NCBI GenBank assembly: GCA_002633005.1
Contig: NMRA01000443.1
Location: forward strand, 272,361 to 336,360
DNA: 64,000 nt
Reading direction: 5' to 3'
Source: Phoronis australis
Taxonomy: Eukaryota > Animalia > Phoronida
Every line of letters starts with the position of its first letter. Position 1 is the first letter of the stretch. A model generated the notes under the pieces. It ran no database searches. It saw nothing but the letters and a program-made list of their open reading frames with translations, and was not told where the DNA came from. Of the stretch, positions 35,440 to 50,500 are shown in pieces. The position numbers were made by a program, and so were the translations under genes.

Positions 35440-37480
35440 TTCAACCAATAGAAGTATGACAGGAGTGCAAGATACTTGGAAGCCTATCGTAAACCGAGGA
35501 ATTTAGTTACGAAAAGGAAACAAGTCAGCCTACGAACATATTTCTCAGACAGATGCAACGAAGGCCCCAACTACAAAAATTTCTGGATTACAATCAAACC
35601 TTTCCTCTCAAAAAAGCCATACAACCGACACTACGACCATAATTTCCCACGAAAATCAAATTATTTCCGACCAAACAAAAGTATGCTCAGTCTTCAATGA
35701 CTTTTTTCATCAACGTAGCCAAAGACTTAGGAAAATGAAAAACACCCCAGCCTCGGTGTTATTTCTCCTGTACATGCGCACACCCAGCCTAAAATATAGG
35801 GGGGCCCGAATTTCTCGTTATGGAGACCGTTTACTGAACAACAAGGACTAAAAAAAAACGAGGCCACTAGGTTCACGCTTACGAACTGTGCATCTGCGCC
35901 GATTTCCTGTGTCCGTAATTGTGGACTTTTGTGTCGTTTAGTCGGTCTTTTTTCACTTAGGCGGACCTTTTTGCCCAATCCGCCAATGAAAAGACGCAGA
36001 TGATTTTCATTTTCGAAAACATCTGCAAAATATGTATCGGATTACATTATCTCTCTAAGCTCCCATAAGCTATTGCTATCGATGACATATCGACCAAACT
36101 TCTTAAATGTGCCAAATCGGTTTTCTGTGCTAGTTTTTCTTGCCCACAAATACCCGACTGTCTCAAACAAGCTAGCGCGCGTTACCCTCATTCACAAGAA
36201 AAATGACCCTCTCTCCACTCTCAAACTATAGACCTGTCAGTATATTACCAATAATTTCAAAACTTTATTCAGTCATGGGTCCAGTCATTTTGAATCTAAT
36301 AATCTTTTTATGAATGACTACCTTGGTGCCTTCCGTGCTGGCTTTATAGTTGCAGCACCTTACTTCGCCTACCTGAAGACTGGCGAAAAGTCCTAGATGA
36401 ACTAAAATGCACTGCAGCAGTAGGCCTACCCATGGATCTCTCTGCCTTCCTCACTCCCTCCTGGTCTCTAAACGTATAAATTTGATGACAATTCCGCAAC
36501 CCGCCTTCTTGGGAATTATCTCTCAAACAGGAAACAACTAGTGAAACTAGGCCAGCACGTTCATCAGTGAATGGGACAAAGTCTACAAGTACCTCAAGGA
36601 TCCATCATGGGACCCCTTCTCTTCAATATCTTCATTCAATGACATCTTTTTTTGTGAAAACAATTACTCTGGTCAACTACGCAGATGACAACACCCTCTC
36701 TTTCTCGGCTGATAACAACCCATTCTCCGTTAACTAAAAGTCTAAGACGAGATAGCGAATTACTCATCAAGTGGTTCGGTGTCAGTGGCATGCAAGCAAA
36801 TCCTGACAAATTCCAAGCAGTCCGCAAAGGGCCGCAGTGTAACAAAATGAACACATTTTGTAAATCCCTTTCCACTGGAAACTGCCAAACACCTTGTGAA
36901 CCGAAAGTTAAACTCCTCGGAATGAGTCATCGATACCAATCTAACTCTGACTCCCATATTGTTTTCGGACATTTGCAACGGAAAAGCCTCACGGCAAATA
37001 ACTGTTCTAAAAAGAATTGGACACCACCTTACGATAAACGGCAGACTTGCTATTTTTCACTCCTTCTTCCTTTCAAATTTCAAATCTACTGTCTCGTCTC
37101 ATGGCATTTTTGCTCCAAAGAAAATACACTCAAACTGGAAAAAAATCACTTCAGAGCCAGCTCAGTCACCGACTTCGACTTAGGCCTAGTGCAACAGAAG
37201 TATTTAAAACCCTTTCATGCACCTACGACACTGTCAAAGACTGAAGCAAGAAAACTTTTACTCTTTCTTCTACAACAGCCCGTTTCAGATATTCCTCAAG
37301 TTAAATCTGTCAAATACGGTAAAAATCTTTTGGCTTCGAGGCCGCACGGGTCTTGGCTGGAACAGGCAACCGAATTTCAGTTTGCGCACGTGAGAGCCAG
37401 GTGTTTTCCGTGGACTGACCTGGACCGGCACCGAACACAGCTGCTGACTTTGAAAACACTCCAGGTTATGTTGTAATTAG
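35440..37480 (+). mobile_element. Decayed non-LTR retrotransposon (CR1/L2-group LINE) ORF2 reverse transcriptase
   Basis: Frameshifted RT motifs: KNFWITIKPFLSKK, VTLIHKKND..NYRPVSILPIISK, EDWRKVLD, VPQGSIMGPLLFNIFI, VNYADDNTLS, WF..MQANPDKFQ, KVKLLG, WHFCSKENTLKLEK. Interrupted by a MITE fragment at ~35770-35985. Confidence 0.85.
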
Positions 37481-38258
37481 TGTATACCATCGTTTCTGTA
37501 CAGTTGTGATTTATCTAGATTGTAATACATGTCGGCCTACCTATTCGGTTATATTCATTATTTTTGTGGGTCTCTAGTTTGAGTGATTATGACCACTTAA
37601 CTTACACTTTATGTCTCTGTGCACGGGCGGTGCAGCACCGAAAAACTGGGGGAGCTGAAGCCCCCTCAGCCCCCCCTGGTGGTGCACCGCCTATAGACCA
37701 TGTGCGGCCGGCAGACCGTAGTAGCCGCCAGTTGGGGGCAGCCCCACTGCAGTACGAGTCATGTGAGTGCGCCGGCCCATGTTCCATTTTCACATGTTTC
37801 TGTTAAATTTCAAGTCGTAGAAATGGCCCAACCAGCTAATGTGAATCTGTTCTTTGAATCAGGTAAAATAAAGATTCCTTGATTCCTGATTCTAACTGGC
37901 CCGACTATGACTACGGCCGGTGACTCTCCGAGTCGGCCCGGCCGGCGGCGAGAGACCAAGGCGGTGCGGGTCACTCATGTGCGCTGGGTTGCCTATGACT
38001 TGGCACTCAGAGGTTTTCCTTTCAAGGAGTAAAAGCTGTGGACGGCGACGGGAAGAATGAGTTTGTGACGTACCACCCGGTTCACCGCTCGNAAATGCGC
38101 GCGCTCAGCCTAAAATGTGGGGACGCAGAGGCCTCAAATGTTTGGAGTTACGGACCTGTTGACTACTAAAAAAATCCGGGGTTTGTTCAGTTTGCTCCAG
38201 CCAGGGCCTAAGTATTACTGAGTTGTTTATTCACTCCGGCGACGAGTCCCTGCTTGCG

Positions 38259-38346
38259 CGCAACCGAACTCCCAAATGGTATCTAGTAGAATTTTAGGGG
38301 GGCGCCATCGCCGCCCTTGCCCCCGCCCCCTCTAAATCCGCCACTG
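38259..38346. mobile_element. Fragment of a dispersed G/C-tract MITE-like family (related copy at ~61728-61810)
   Basis: CCAAATGGTATCT(A/G)GT(A/G)GAATTTTAGGG..CCCTTGCCCCC..CTAAATC(C/T)GCCAC occurs at both sites. Confidence 0.65.
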
Positions 38347-38399
38347 GTTGCCGAATGTCACGAGCGTCAAAAGTCATCGAGATGCGTCTGCCATGAAGC

Positions 38400-38518
38400 T
38401 GACCGAGGCTGTCCAACAAAAGAGCATCGATTATCGATTTGACAAAAAGACCTGCGCAGACTACGAACCGGAAGATGACGTAGGGTGAAGTCTGCAAAGC
38501 TCAAAGAAATGTTTCGTG
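38400..38518. promoter_or_regulatory. Probable (bidirectional) promoter region of TBC1D25 / SEC13
   Basis: CpG-rich stretch directly upstream of the TBC1D25 ATG. Contains AACCGGAAG (ETS-like), ATGACGT (CRE-like) and CATCGATTATCGATT (DRE-like). SEC13 is transcribed divergently from this side. Confidence 0.5.
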
Positions 38519-41500
38519 ATGTTTGCCTTCGAAAGCAGAGAAGTTGTCCGTGTTAAAGTTAAGGTAGATGCAGTGACTTTATAACAGTGCATGTCTAGGT
38601 GTTTATTTTCGAATTATCTTGCTGATTAATGAAACTTGGTGCTCAAAAATTCCAGTTTGTTGTGCGTATCCATTCGATTCAGTAGTATTTGGGACAGTCT
38701 CACTCACTTACTCGTTACTGACTTACTGACCAGCTGACAGTACGACTTAAAGCGCTGCTCAAAGGCAATGCCCGAAACAGCTGCAGACTGTCAGAGTCAT
38801 GGAAGCTAATTTCAATTCTCTCCGAGCTTTCAAAATATAGTTCATCATTAGTAATGAAAGGAATACTAATTGTACACCACTGAGCAAGAGATATAAAGAT
38901 GTGCTGGAATTACAGTTATTCCGCGGAATTCTGGCGAGGACAAGGTGTGCAATATTGCCAGTACGTGATTTGCATGTCGATCACTGTGATTTGATGCAGC
39001 TTGACCCTCGATCGGGGTCATTCATTGTCTGAGTTTGCACTCGACTGAGGCTTACCAGTAGTAGTACTAAGTCACATGCAATCAGTGTATCTGGTAATTG
39101 TTTATACGATGATGTCATCATCGTTTGATGACATTGATCTACGCACATGATTTTGGTATCGGTGGATTCCTCGCAATGTTCACTTCTAACAATACATGAA
39201 AATGTCATCTACCCCATTCTCTTAGTATTTTTTTGTCAAAATTTTGCTCACACTATTTCCCCATAGTGATTATTACCGCCATGTTGAATGGGAGGAGTCA
39301 CCTGGTGCCCAAAAACTGAACTAATCTACCGACACCTATAATCTGGTGAGTGTTGCTGGAAGTGACCGAGACCCCTTCATCCCTGGGAGCCGAGTTACAG
39401 ACCCACGTGTTTGTATTCCTATGGTGATCCTGGTACACATCCACTAACTAACAAGAATCCGCAAAAAAGGGTTGTTTTTGAGATCCAAATTCATCGAAAG
39501 GGTATCACTTCAACCAATTTTGTGAAAAAGTGGTCAGATGATCACAGTTCTAAAAGTTCTTGGAAAACGGTGAAATGCTGTCCCTTTTTGCTCCATGTTA
39601 TATCAGGAAAACTTTAAGGGGAATCTCGTGGGCAAACACCATTCAGAATTGATGATACTGTTTCATCCATTAGCAACAGGTGTCACTGTAATCTTGACTT
39701 GAGCAAACATGGCGGAGTCAACTGGGAAATAGTGCTTACAGAAATTCGACGATAACATAGTGAGGAAATGTTAGGGGACACATTCATATATTTTTGAATG
39801 AGAACTATTAGTGGAATCAAATGAAACCAAAATTGTGTGTGTAGGTTAATGTCGTCATTTTGTTAACAATTACCCACTCCTTTAGTCACATCCATTGCAA
39901 GTGGACCAGTATTTGTAACAGTGTATTTGTGCACACCAAACAACCAGCTGATGGTGAAAACCAGTCTGAATACAGAAGCCATTTTACATCAGTAAGCGTC
40001 AGATTTTGCACCCCGATTGCATCCTACACTGTCTATTGTGCAAAACCCATATGCTTTACTGTATTAAGAGTAGCAATATACGATTTCACCAGAAAGCAGA
40101 AAATTAACTATTAATTTCAAAAATTTTATTGTGACAGGTCCCAAACCCTCCACTCGCCATATTAACTCCAACTCCTGCCCTCTGTTGTGGAGGTAGAGAT
40201 CTATAGAAATAACTGGTGTAAATATTGACCTTGCGAAACAAAGTTAAAGGTTATAAATATGTGGTGGAGGTGATGTATGTATCTCAAGCCAATCTACAGT
40301 TGTGGGATTGAGCCATGTGCTCAGGGGAAAGATAATGAAATTGCAGTGTTATCTTGGAGTCATATGTTTCAGCCAATCAGAATTTACACAGATGAAGAGA
40401 TGCTTCTACTTTATAGAGTGGCGGAAACTATATCATTAGTGTGTCTGTCTTGATAAGTTCATCGGTAATACTTTATCGTGTAAATTCTGGTCCTGTGAAT
40501 AAATTGAGCAATGTATTTACTCCACCTTTCATATTTTGACAGAAGTGTGATGGATTCATGCAGCCAGAAGTCAAGAAGTTTTGTCTGGACCCACAGATTA
40601 CGTCCTTTGAGATGCTGCAACATTTGCTGACAAAAGCATTTGAAATAAAAGGGTAAGGCCATCAGTTGTACATCTGGTAGGCAACAGTGGTGTTATAAGT
40701 ACAAGCAGGGATACAGTGCTGATTGGAAATAGCTCAAGACTCAGCCAGACCTAGGGTGATCCTCAACCGGACTGAGGACAGGCTTCGTCTGGAGGTGCTC
40801 TGAACTCGGTTGCATTGAGACTCAACTTGAGAATGGCCTTGGCTGGACCTCGGATGGACTGCAGTTACTGAGGCCTTTAATGTTCTGGGGGGTTACTCCT
40901 GTATACGCTACCACTGACTACTGAATCAACACTAATGCCTCGACTTGCTGGCAGGTTTCTGTCAAGGTGGTGCTTTTGATGCCTAATGTTATTTAGTTAC
41001 ATTGAAAGCAAGAAGTTTCGGGGGAGGGGTTAAGTCAGATGTGTCGTTTGACAACGGGGAGGGTTGCAGAATTGATGGCAAAAGGGTGAAGGACAGGCTG
41101 TGAGTGGCACGAACATTGCATGTACTAGTCTATGGTCACAATATTACGGTAGTTACGCTGATCTCATTTGATCCAGTGGTGCTTATCTAACTTGTCGAGG
41201 GACAACAAAGTAATAACAAATGATTTGTCTCTACTGAATGAGAGTAACACAGAACCTTTTAAAAACTGCAGTTTTCCGACCGCTTAAACATGTAAATGAA
41301 AAGTTCCGTCCAAAAAATCAGGCCGGCAGTCTCATCCTATTGGACAACACTACCTCAATTCACTGACCCTGTTCGCTTGAATTGAAAAGTGAGAATTGTT
41401 GGAAGGCATTGCGATTAATTATTGATAGGGTGAAAAGTTTAGTATTAAAGGCTATTTATATCCACCTAGTCATTGCGCTAAGTTCAATATATACATATGG

Positions 41501-44500
41501 TGAGTTTGCAGTAAAACGCTAGGCCGATTTTCATTGTTTAAGATTACTTCATCTTTTCATGGCATTCTGTGGCATATCTCAAGAATACTGGAAAATGGAA
41601 TAGGCCTTGGCGTGCAGGTGGGCTTTTATGATCAGCAAGTTAATGTTTTGCTCCATGCCATGGATAAGGGACAATAGCTTGCATCTGGCTGTCTCCCAAG
41701 TCATTGTTTGGCTATACTGTGTTTCATTTCACTTTAGTTTCCATCCAATACTACAGAAGTTTTGTATTTGTTATTAATCTTCCTGGGAATTACTAATGCA
41801 CTAAATACTAAATGCTTGGCCATATAAAATTACCTAACCATTTTACAAACTGAAATTAGAGAAATGACAACTGAATACATTGAGCTAGATGAATGACAAT
41901 CATGAAAATACGCACCATTATCAAATAGTGCGATAAGATCACGAAAATCATAAAACTCAAGAGTGAGAATACAATGTCAAGCTAATAAAATATATTCTTA
42001 AACCAGCATTAAAAACTAATCACCATTCTTTCTTATAAAACTAAAAATTTGTCTTAAAGTAGAACTGTTCTGGGTTAAAAGTAGAAATACTTGGAATGGT
42101 GCAAATCGACATGACGGCGTTCTGTCCAGGAACTTTTACAGACGTGAGGGGTGCTGAACGTGTGTTAACATCTGGCTCCTTTGTTAACTGCCCAGCACAG
42201 TCGTTTGTCGCCTATGACAACAAGCAGGCCAATTATCTCCCAGGCTTCAAAGGGTTACTGAAACCTGGCAGAATGGATTGTCTTAACTTCTGTTGTATTT
42301 GGGCGATTTTGGTGATTCAAAAACTAAACATGATCAGCATTTGACAAGGAATTCAGAAATGCTATTGGTTTATGTTCAAATATGTTGTAACTTAACTTTC
42401 ATTTTTAGCAGCTCAACCCAGTCAGGTTAGATATGATCTGATCTGAGACTAGAGCAATTATTGAACAAACGATAGCTGGCCCTCCAACCCTAAATGCCAG
42501 AATGGAGTTAATCAGTCGTGTAAGATATTGGCTACAGGGGTGATCTTCCCAACTTGTTGTTGGGCTATAGAATTGAACAAGTTGGGAGCAATGGGAAAAC
42601 ACCATAACGGTGAGGAAGAGTGTTCAACAGAGCTGGTGCAGCAACCACGAAAGGCACAACGATCATAAGTTTTTGTGTTGGAGCATGGGTCTATCTTCAA
42701 TGGAACCAACTGTCTACAAGGCTCCTAAATGCACACAAGTTAATCTTAATTGTTAGGCCCACTATTGAAATTTTCTTGGTATGGTGTTGTAGGTTATTCT
42801 ATCATGAATGTTCACTTTCCACACTAATCCTTTAGTGGCTCACCCAACCTATACTATTGTATAGGGCCCTTTCACTACATGCTCATTTACTTGCTGTTTA
42901 CAAACATTGTGCCAGCTATAGTGTAAACCTGACTGTCATTTGATCAATATTGCTTTTGTTGTTGTTGACAAGATCCATGGCCTGGTTTCTTTGATGTAAC
43001 TTTTGCTCTTGATGACCTTGCCTACTATAACATGTACATGTATGTAGTGACCCAGCTTTACCACAAGAAGACTCTCAGGTGGCTATGAACCTTAAAAATT
43101 CCAGATTTCTGTTACTGTATGGTGTGAAGGAGGACGGCTTAAGATCTGACCGGCTTTATAATATTTGATAAGTTCTCTCAAACTCTACATGCACGTCTCC
43201 CTATTTATTATAGGCCACGATTTTTTTAAAACAGAAAACATTGCTTACCTACAATGTATCTTGCGCCGGGTATTCACTGGTAATCATTTGTCATATGCTT
43301 ACGTCCACCCACTCCCAATGGTCACATGGCTTTGCTGTTTTTGACAGTGCTTGCCATCACAAATGACAAGGACCTCTTCATCTCCTCAGATGAAAATTAG
43401 ATTGCCAACTTCACTAGGCAGCCAAGAGTTGCCATATTGGGACGACGATGATGTACTAGAAAATGACATGTAAAAAATCCAAACAAAGGGGGCGTGGCAG
43501 GGTCTCATTTCGCATACATTACACACTACACGTTGAGTGATTTTTTAATGTGAAGAATCCAGCAAATACATGAATTAATTGAAACGGAATTCTTATACTG
43601 CCAAAAAATAATTATTAGAATAAAATATCAACAAATAGTAACCAGTCACTGCCTCCTGTAGGCAAATACATGCAGTGACCCCTGTCAGTAACTCGGATGG
43701 CATTGAAGTTAAGTGTTTCCATTGTAACAAAGCATTGATGCATCGCTGTTAATTACACCTCTTTCCTTTGGAGTTAACTTGCATTGTTAACTTCCATTCA
43801 AGACAAATGTTAAGTGTTCCCGTTGACTGAAGCTTTGGCAACACCTGTGGTAAAGGCTTTTTAAAGTGGTATAAGTTCTATACATCATATTACTGTGCTT
43901 GGCAATTTCATTATATAGAAAGAGTAGCAATTTACTGTTTGTGTTGCCGTAGCAACCTGTCCAAGTCATTGACTTGAAAATTGATAAAATCAAAATTTGC
44001 TGCACACAGAGCCACAGAAGTATTAATTGAATTCCACTCCATTACAGTGTACTTTTGTATCATAAGAATGTTGTAATTAACGATTTTGCTGTAAATGACT
44101 TAAAATGTTAATGGTTACGTGTATGTGAAAGTAGAGAAGTCATGTGACAACATGCATGCGTACTCTGCAAGAATTTAGAAATTTCTTGGAATTAAATTTA
44201 CCATTCTGGACATATTGAAACATTTTTTCGCACCTGTGCTTATTCTTCACTTATTTCACTCAAAAATAATTGACATCTTTCAGAGGTTGGATATCTTGCT
44301 GTAAATATATGGCTTAATGGCACCTGCACAGTACAAACCAAGCTAATTATAGGCCAATATCTCTTTAATCTTTATTTCTGCTGAGATTTTTATTTAAAAA
44401 ATTCACTTGTCTCTCATATTGTGCTAAATAAGCGTAGAATTGCTGTGCATAGTAAGCCTACCTTTATACATATGTTCGTACGTACATACATACAAAGTAC

Positions 44501-47500
44501 AGGGGTTGAGATGGTTTATTTACAACTAAATGATTTGAGTGCATGATCAGCTTGTAACATAACAACTAACTCCCATTTATTTCATATTTCAAATGGTACC
44601 TGTTTTCAGAAGTCTTTCTTTTGTTAATCGCCAGGCTCAATCTTTTCTCCATTGTCACAACGCAAATGGCATTTATCTACCACACTGAATGAATACATTA
44701 ATGTAAACACACATCGACTCTAAACTGTTGTCAACAAATAAAAACCCATTGCAGCATTTTGGCCAATTTTTACTGTATTGTTTCTGGGAAAAAAGACTCC
44801 AACACTAACTTTTCACAAGGAATTCAATTTCAGAAGCTAAATGTGTTAAAAAATACCAATTTCTGTCCTTGACTTTTCAGTTTATTTCAGCTAGTATTTT
44901 ATTGCCGTGAAGACATCGCAAATGCGTTAATTGATCTGTACAACACTGTAGGAGCTTAGATCAACTTTCGTGATATCAGGTATGGACAGCCACACCGGTT
45001 TCCCAGGTTGATGTATTGTCCAGCAACAAGATACCACTCAACTGGTGGTTTCCCAATGGTATTTTATGCTGTGATAAACTTAAAGGAGAATGCCACCCGA
45101 TTTTAATTAGTCTTTTTTACAGTCTTTATCGGTCTATATCCACATCACCTCTTATACAGTCGACCTCACCTAGCCGAGAGGTGTCATGTTAACCTGTGAA
45201 GAAGGTAAGAAATGGCGCAGTGATGTCAGTGGTTCATCTGCAGAGTGAATGCCGTTATATTGCGGTGCATCGTTCCCGCTTGTCCGAACTATGAAGTTGC
45301 GAAGAAAGCGGGTGTATCGTTTTTTCGACTTCCTCGAGAGCCCAAAGTGCTCAGGAAGTGCCTCGCGATAGTGAAGTATGAAAAGTACGCTGTTAATAGC
45401 AAATATGAGGCCGTGAAACACCTCCCTGTCTGTGGCCGGCATTTCATCGACAGTGATTTCTTTGACAAATTCCGGCTTACCAAGAAACTATCCATACGTT
45501 CCGTTGCCTGTGCATGTTTATGGCACATCTCATATTGTGTCTTGATCTGTTTCCGGTTTGAACTGATAGCCGAACTCTGTAGCCTAGTACGGTACGTTCA
45601 AATACCTATAAATTCATTACAGTGAAATAAAACAACTTATTTGTCCAAGAACTCTATGTATTTGTAAGGGGTTAACATCGAATTTTGATGATTTATTAAT
45701 GTAAAACGATGAATTCAAGCGATAAATTGACACCAGTAAGCGTGTTGTCAGTGAACGGCTGAACAGACTGTGTTCGAACCGATTACGTCATCGGTTAATT
45801 TCAACACTGCCGTCTGTCGTTAGGTGTCAGGTAAAAGAGCTGTACTTGCTGTTATCGAGAGGAACTACTCATCTAAATTGATACAAAATAGGTTGTTTTT
45901 TGGGTGGCATTCTCCTTTAAGGTATCAACAGGTGGTACTGCTGCAAAAGTTATATAAGCACACTAAACAATGATATGGCCGTTAGAGGAGCACACCTGTT
46001 ACTATGCCTGGTTATTGCTTACACTTTCAGTCACCATTTCATACACAGATGATTTTGATTGTGAGAAAATACTTCACATTGCTGGGTTTATTTTACAAAA
46101 ACGTGGACGTGGGTCAATTGATTCATGAAGCCCAAATCTATGGGCTAGTTCAGAGGGGCCATAGGTGTGCAGGTGACTTGTTCCTGCATTGGCATCTGTT
46201 GGATAGTGCTTTAATAAATGTGGTGCAGTAAAGCACTCTTTGAATAGGTTTTAGTAATGCTAGATATATTGAGCTATCCAGATAGTTCCAGCAATGAACC
46301 GTTTGGACATGTCAATCAAGCCAACAGTTCAGACAAGTCAATCAAGCTAATAATTACAGCCAATCCTTGTGTGAGAACATGCAAACAAATTGATAGTCTC
46401 CCATCTTTTTGTCCCTAAACACTGGCTGCTAATGACAGTGTAAAGCTGGTTTTATGCAACCTTTGCCTACTTGTAATGTAAAGCGCATATACCGGTATAT
46501 GTAGTACGAAACGAAGGTGATTTTCTGAACTTATTTCTGGATAAATAAGCACGAGGTGAAAAGAATTCACCTTGATGCATTTCATAAGTGTTTTTATTTA
46601 CCTTAATTTCTTTATTAATTTAGTATCAAATTGTGTAGTGACCCTAGACCACCAGGGGATTCTGAAAAACTTTCAGTTGTAGTCAAATTGTGTGTTGGTG
46701 TTTTTCCCATTATCATTTATGCTATGGCATGGCTTACCAGAGCACCTTGTCTTGTTACAGAATGCAACAGAATGTTACATAACTACTGGTGCTCCTTTGA
46801 ATTGATCAGACATCTGTGATTTAGCTTGACATGTCAATGGACTGATGTAATTAATGAATGGACTGGAGGGATTAACATCTTGGATACACCATCCACTACA
46901 TGTAGTTTGTTTGCTTCCCCATGACCCATGTTGATAGTTGCCGCAAAATGTGATGAAAAACAACGTAAAGAATGTTGCTGTATGCTTGCAAAGGACTCTG
47001 GCTTTTGCCTTATTGACCGTCGCACCAGTAAATATGTTGGGCATGGCTTGAGTGTGTTTGTCGGAACCATCCATACTTGAGCTCAAAAACTCAATTTAAT
47101 CACTCATATGGGCTCTTCAAATGATATGTGAAGCAGCCTTTCTATGCCATGTGGCTTCACTGCAGGAACACTGAACAAAGGTTGAATGACCAGAAGGTTG
47201 AATGACCGAAAGTTGTCGATTGAATAGGAGTTTGAATATAGACCACCATATAAAAATTTGCCAAGATGTAATCAAAGTTAAGTCAAAAAGCCTAATGGTT
47301 CCTGTTTATGTCATTGGTGTGCTCAGAGTGATGTTCTAAACATGTCATAAGAACCAAATCCACATATGTTACCAAGGAAGGCAGTCTTGATTGAAATCTG
47401 CCAACGGCATGAGGTGCACTTCAAAATGACCCCTGCATTGGTGTTGCATTCAAAAAGAAGAAACCGTTGTCGTAAACTCAATGCTTCCAATTATTGAAGA

Positions 47501-50500
47501 CCAAAGACCAGTGAGGCAGATCAACATTGGCTTATTGGCTCAAGTAAAGAACTTGAGGCAATTGTTTAACTGGTGGTCCCCAAGGCAACAGCAAAATAAG
47601 CATTATTGCTTGCTAGGAGGAAATACTTGTCTGAGATTTCTAAAGCAATCACTTTAACGAGAGGAAATTAAAGCATACTGGCAGAAGACCAAGATCTGTA
47701 TCTAGATGTCATTAGTGTTTCTTGAGTCCAAGCAAGGTCCTTAGACTTCATTGGTGTTTGCCTAGTCTAGGCAAGGTCCCTAGACTTCATTGGTGTTTGC
47801 CTAGTCTAGGCAAGGTCCCTAGACTTCATTGGTGTTTGCCGAGTCTAGGCAAGGTCCAGGCTGTACCTCTTTCACAACATGAAACATGCATGACTGTGTT
47901 TGGCTAAACTATTGAATTTTATTTTCCTAAATTTCTTGGTTTTTATTCTATAATTGTTGCCAACAAGCAATGCAACAAGTGATCACCTATTGGGACAACA
48001 CAATACTGTGAAGTGATTACACAGGCTGTGTTTGTTCTTGCAAGCAAAATGCAAATGGGGTTGCACCAGTCACTCATTGACTTAAAAGTTGTATTTCATT
48101 CTATGATATTTTTTGCTCAACATACCAAAAAATATCCGCAATGATACAGTTAGCATATGGGATATTCCACTGTATTCTCTGTGTGTGTGTGTAATTGGGG
48201 ATCGCTGGATTTGCACGACTCCAGGCACACGAAAGTGGAAATAGTGCAGTTGTATAGCAGCTGTGTTGGAACATCCTAAATTGAACCACCCTTACTTGCT
48301 GTGCATTGCCTGCCTGAGAATACCAACTATGTGATACAAATTGAAAAAATGAAGTGGCTCAATTCTAGTACTGTTTCTATAGACTTGTCTATTGATTTTC
48401 CATGTGCCTGACCTTTTTGTCCAGACAAGTATGACTGTATACTATCAGTCTACCCTTTCAGTATAACAGCTGCTCCTCCACTCCCTGACTTGCACTGGAA
48501 CAGATTAAAGTAAAGTGAACTTGCCTGTGATCTGACTGATGTATTAATAGCGTGTGTTCCAAAACAACAATGACTTGATTCTTTTTTAACAGACGCGTAT
48601 GCATTTGAATGGACATGATCATTGCTGACAAGTTGTTGAATCTATAGTTTTTAACTTACATTCAACCATAGTGTTGGTGAAATTCTATCATTGTATAGTC
48701 AGAGTTTTTAAAAGTATTGTTTCGCAGGCTTATGACATTAGTGTTAGGCCTTGAGATTTACACAAGGAAGGACCCTTTTAGCGGTCATATTTGATATTTG
48801 TGCCTCTATAGACAATCTTCCTCCCTCAAGCACTGCAAGGACATTCTCAAAATGCACACTTTTCTTTTGAACACACTTTACAAGGCTTTTTCATCTTTAG
48901 TTTATATCAAACTCACTTGATCATGTTTTTGATCATAACTGTTATTCATACTTACTGCTATAAATGTACCTTGGTTTCTTTTTATTGAATTTTTTGAAAA
49001 GCCGCAATAACTTTATTCAATTAAAGGCAAATTGGTTTAAAACCAAATATAAAATGTTAAAGTGTTTCTATTTATATTGATTATACTTTTGTAGATATTT
49101 GCTTAATCAACAAGTCTACAGCCAAACATTGAAAAAAGTGTAGAGTTTACTAGTCAAAAAGTATATTTTTAGAACAAAGCAGAAAGTCTGAAAAATTCAC
49201 TTAAATTGTAATTTTGTTTGCATTTGATGAAACTTTTGAGCTTTTCATGAAAATCTTCATTCAAGTTATTCAAAAAGCAATTTCCGACTCTTGTTTTGTA
49301 GAACAGTGTGTAAAGCAATAATATCTATCAGTTTTGTGCTAATCCAATCTGCCATTTCTGAGACAGGATGTTCTGAGATGAGCCAACTTTAGACATTGTT
49401 ATGATCTTACATAACCTTAACCTGAGTTAAATAACAATTACTTTGTTTTGAGGGAATAACTAAACAGCTAGTGTTGGTCTGCAGTGTTACAAACAATCAT
49501 CAGATTGTTTATAGGGGTTGGCAACAAGCTGGCTTATCAGAATCTCTAATGTGCTGTATACACCAAGATGCGGTTGTAAAAAATGTAGATGTGTTGAATT
49601 TGACATTTGTAAATGAATCGCAATAATCAATGTTTTGTCTTTGGTCTAGAGTGTCAGTGTCAAACTTTGAGCAAGTTACAAAAACATGGTGGCAAGAGCA
49701 CTCGACTGGCATGATGTCAAATTATACTCTACGACTAAATCACATCAGACAACTGGGCAAGATCATGTCATTGGTAGTTTCATACATTTATTCTGCATAT
49801 GAATTGTCTTGGTTATTTTTGTCATGCACAGCCTCAGAGTCATTGTGCAGATAAGTACCCTAGTTTATTGACTTGTTCACTGTCCAAAGTCAGGACATTG
49901 ACCCAGAATAGGCCAAGTTGACTTTAACTTTGATAATAATTTATCAATTTCACCTTAACAAGGATAACTATATCTGGGTGATTGTCTCCTGGCCAAAACT
50001 TACTTGGCCTAGCAAATGTTAAATCTCAGATCATGTGTTATGTACTCAGAATCCTCTCAGATGTAGTTTTGCTCTGAGCAAAAACTGAAATTTACTGACA
50101 GTCAATAATAGTTTCATTCTAACGTATTCTTAGCTCTTGTAGTTTATGGTAACTAATTAATGCTTACTATTATTTGCACATGCTAACACTTTTCTGGGAC
50201 TTAAGTATGCATTTTTAATTCACTGTCTTATGAATTGTTTCCCAATACACTGTCAATTTCTACAACACATTGTTTGAGGCAAATTTCTGGGAGTGACAAG
50301 CTGTATGCTTTACTCTGAAGTCTTTAAATTCATCAGCTGCTATTGTTCCATGTGACTATCATGTGACTATCTTGGTGTGGCACTTTCAGGGACTTCACCA
50401 TCAGCTACGTTGCCAATGACAACAGTGGGGAGGAGGTGTACCTGTCGCTTCTGTCCGACTGGGATCTCGACGCAGCCTTCTTGGGCTCGTCAGAACCCTA

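Noticed and set aside
36685-37476. 263-aa ORF as a functional gene
   Set aside because: Frameshifted remnant of LINE ORF2 that switches in and out of the RT frame.
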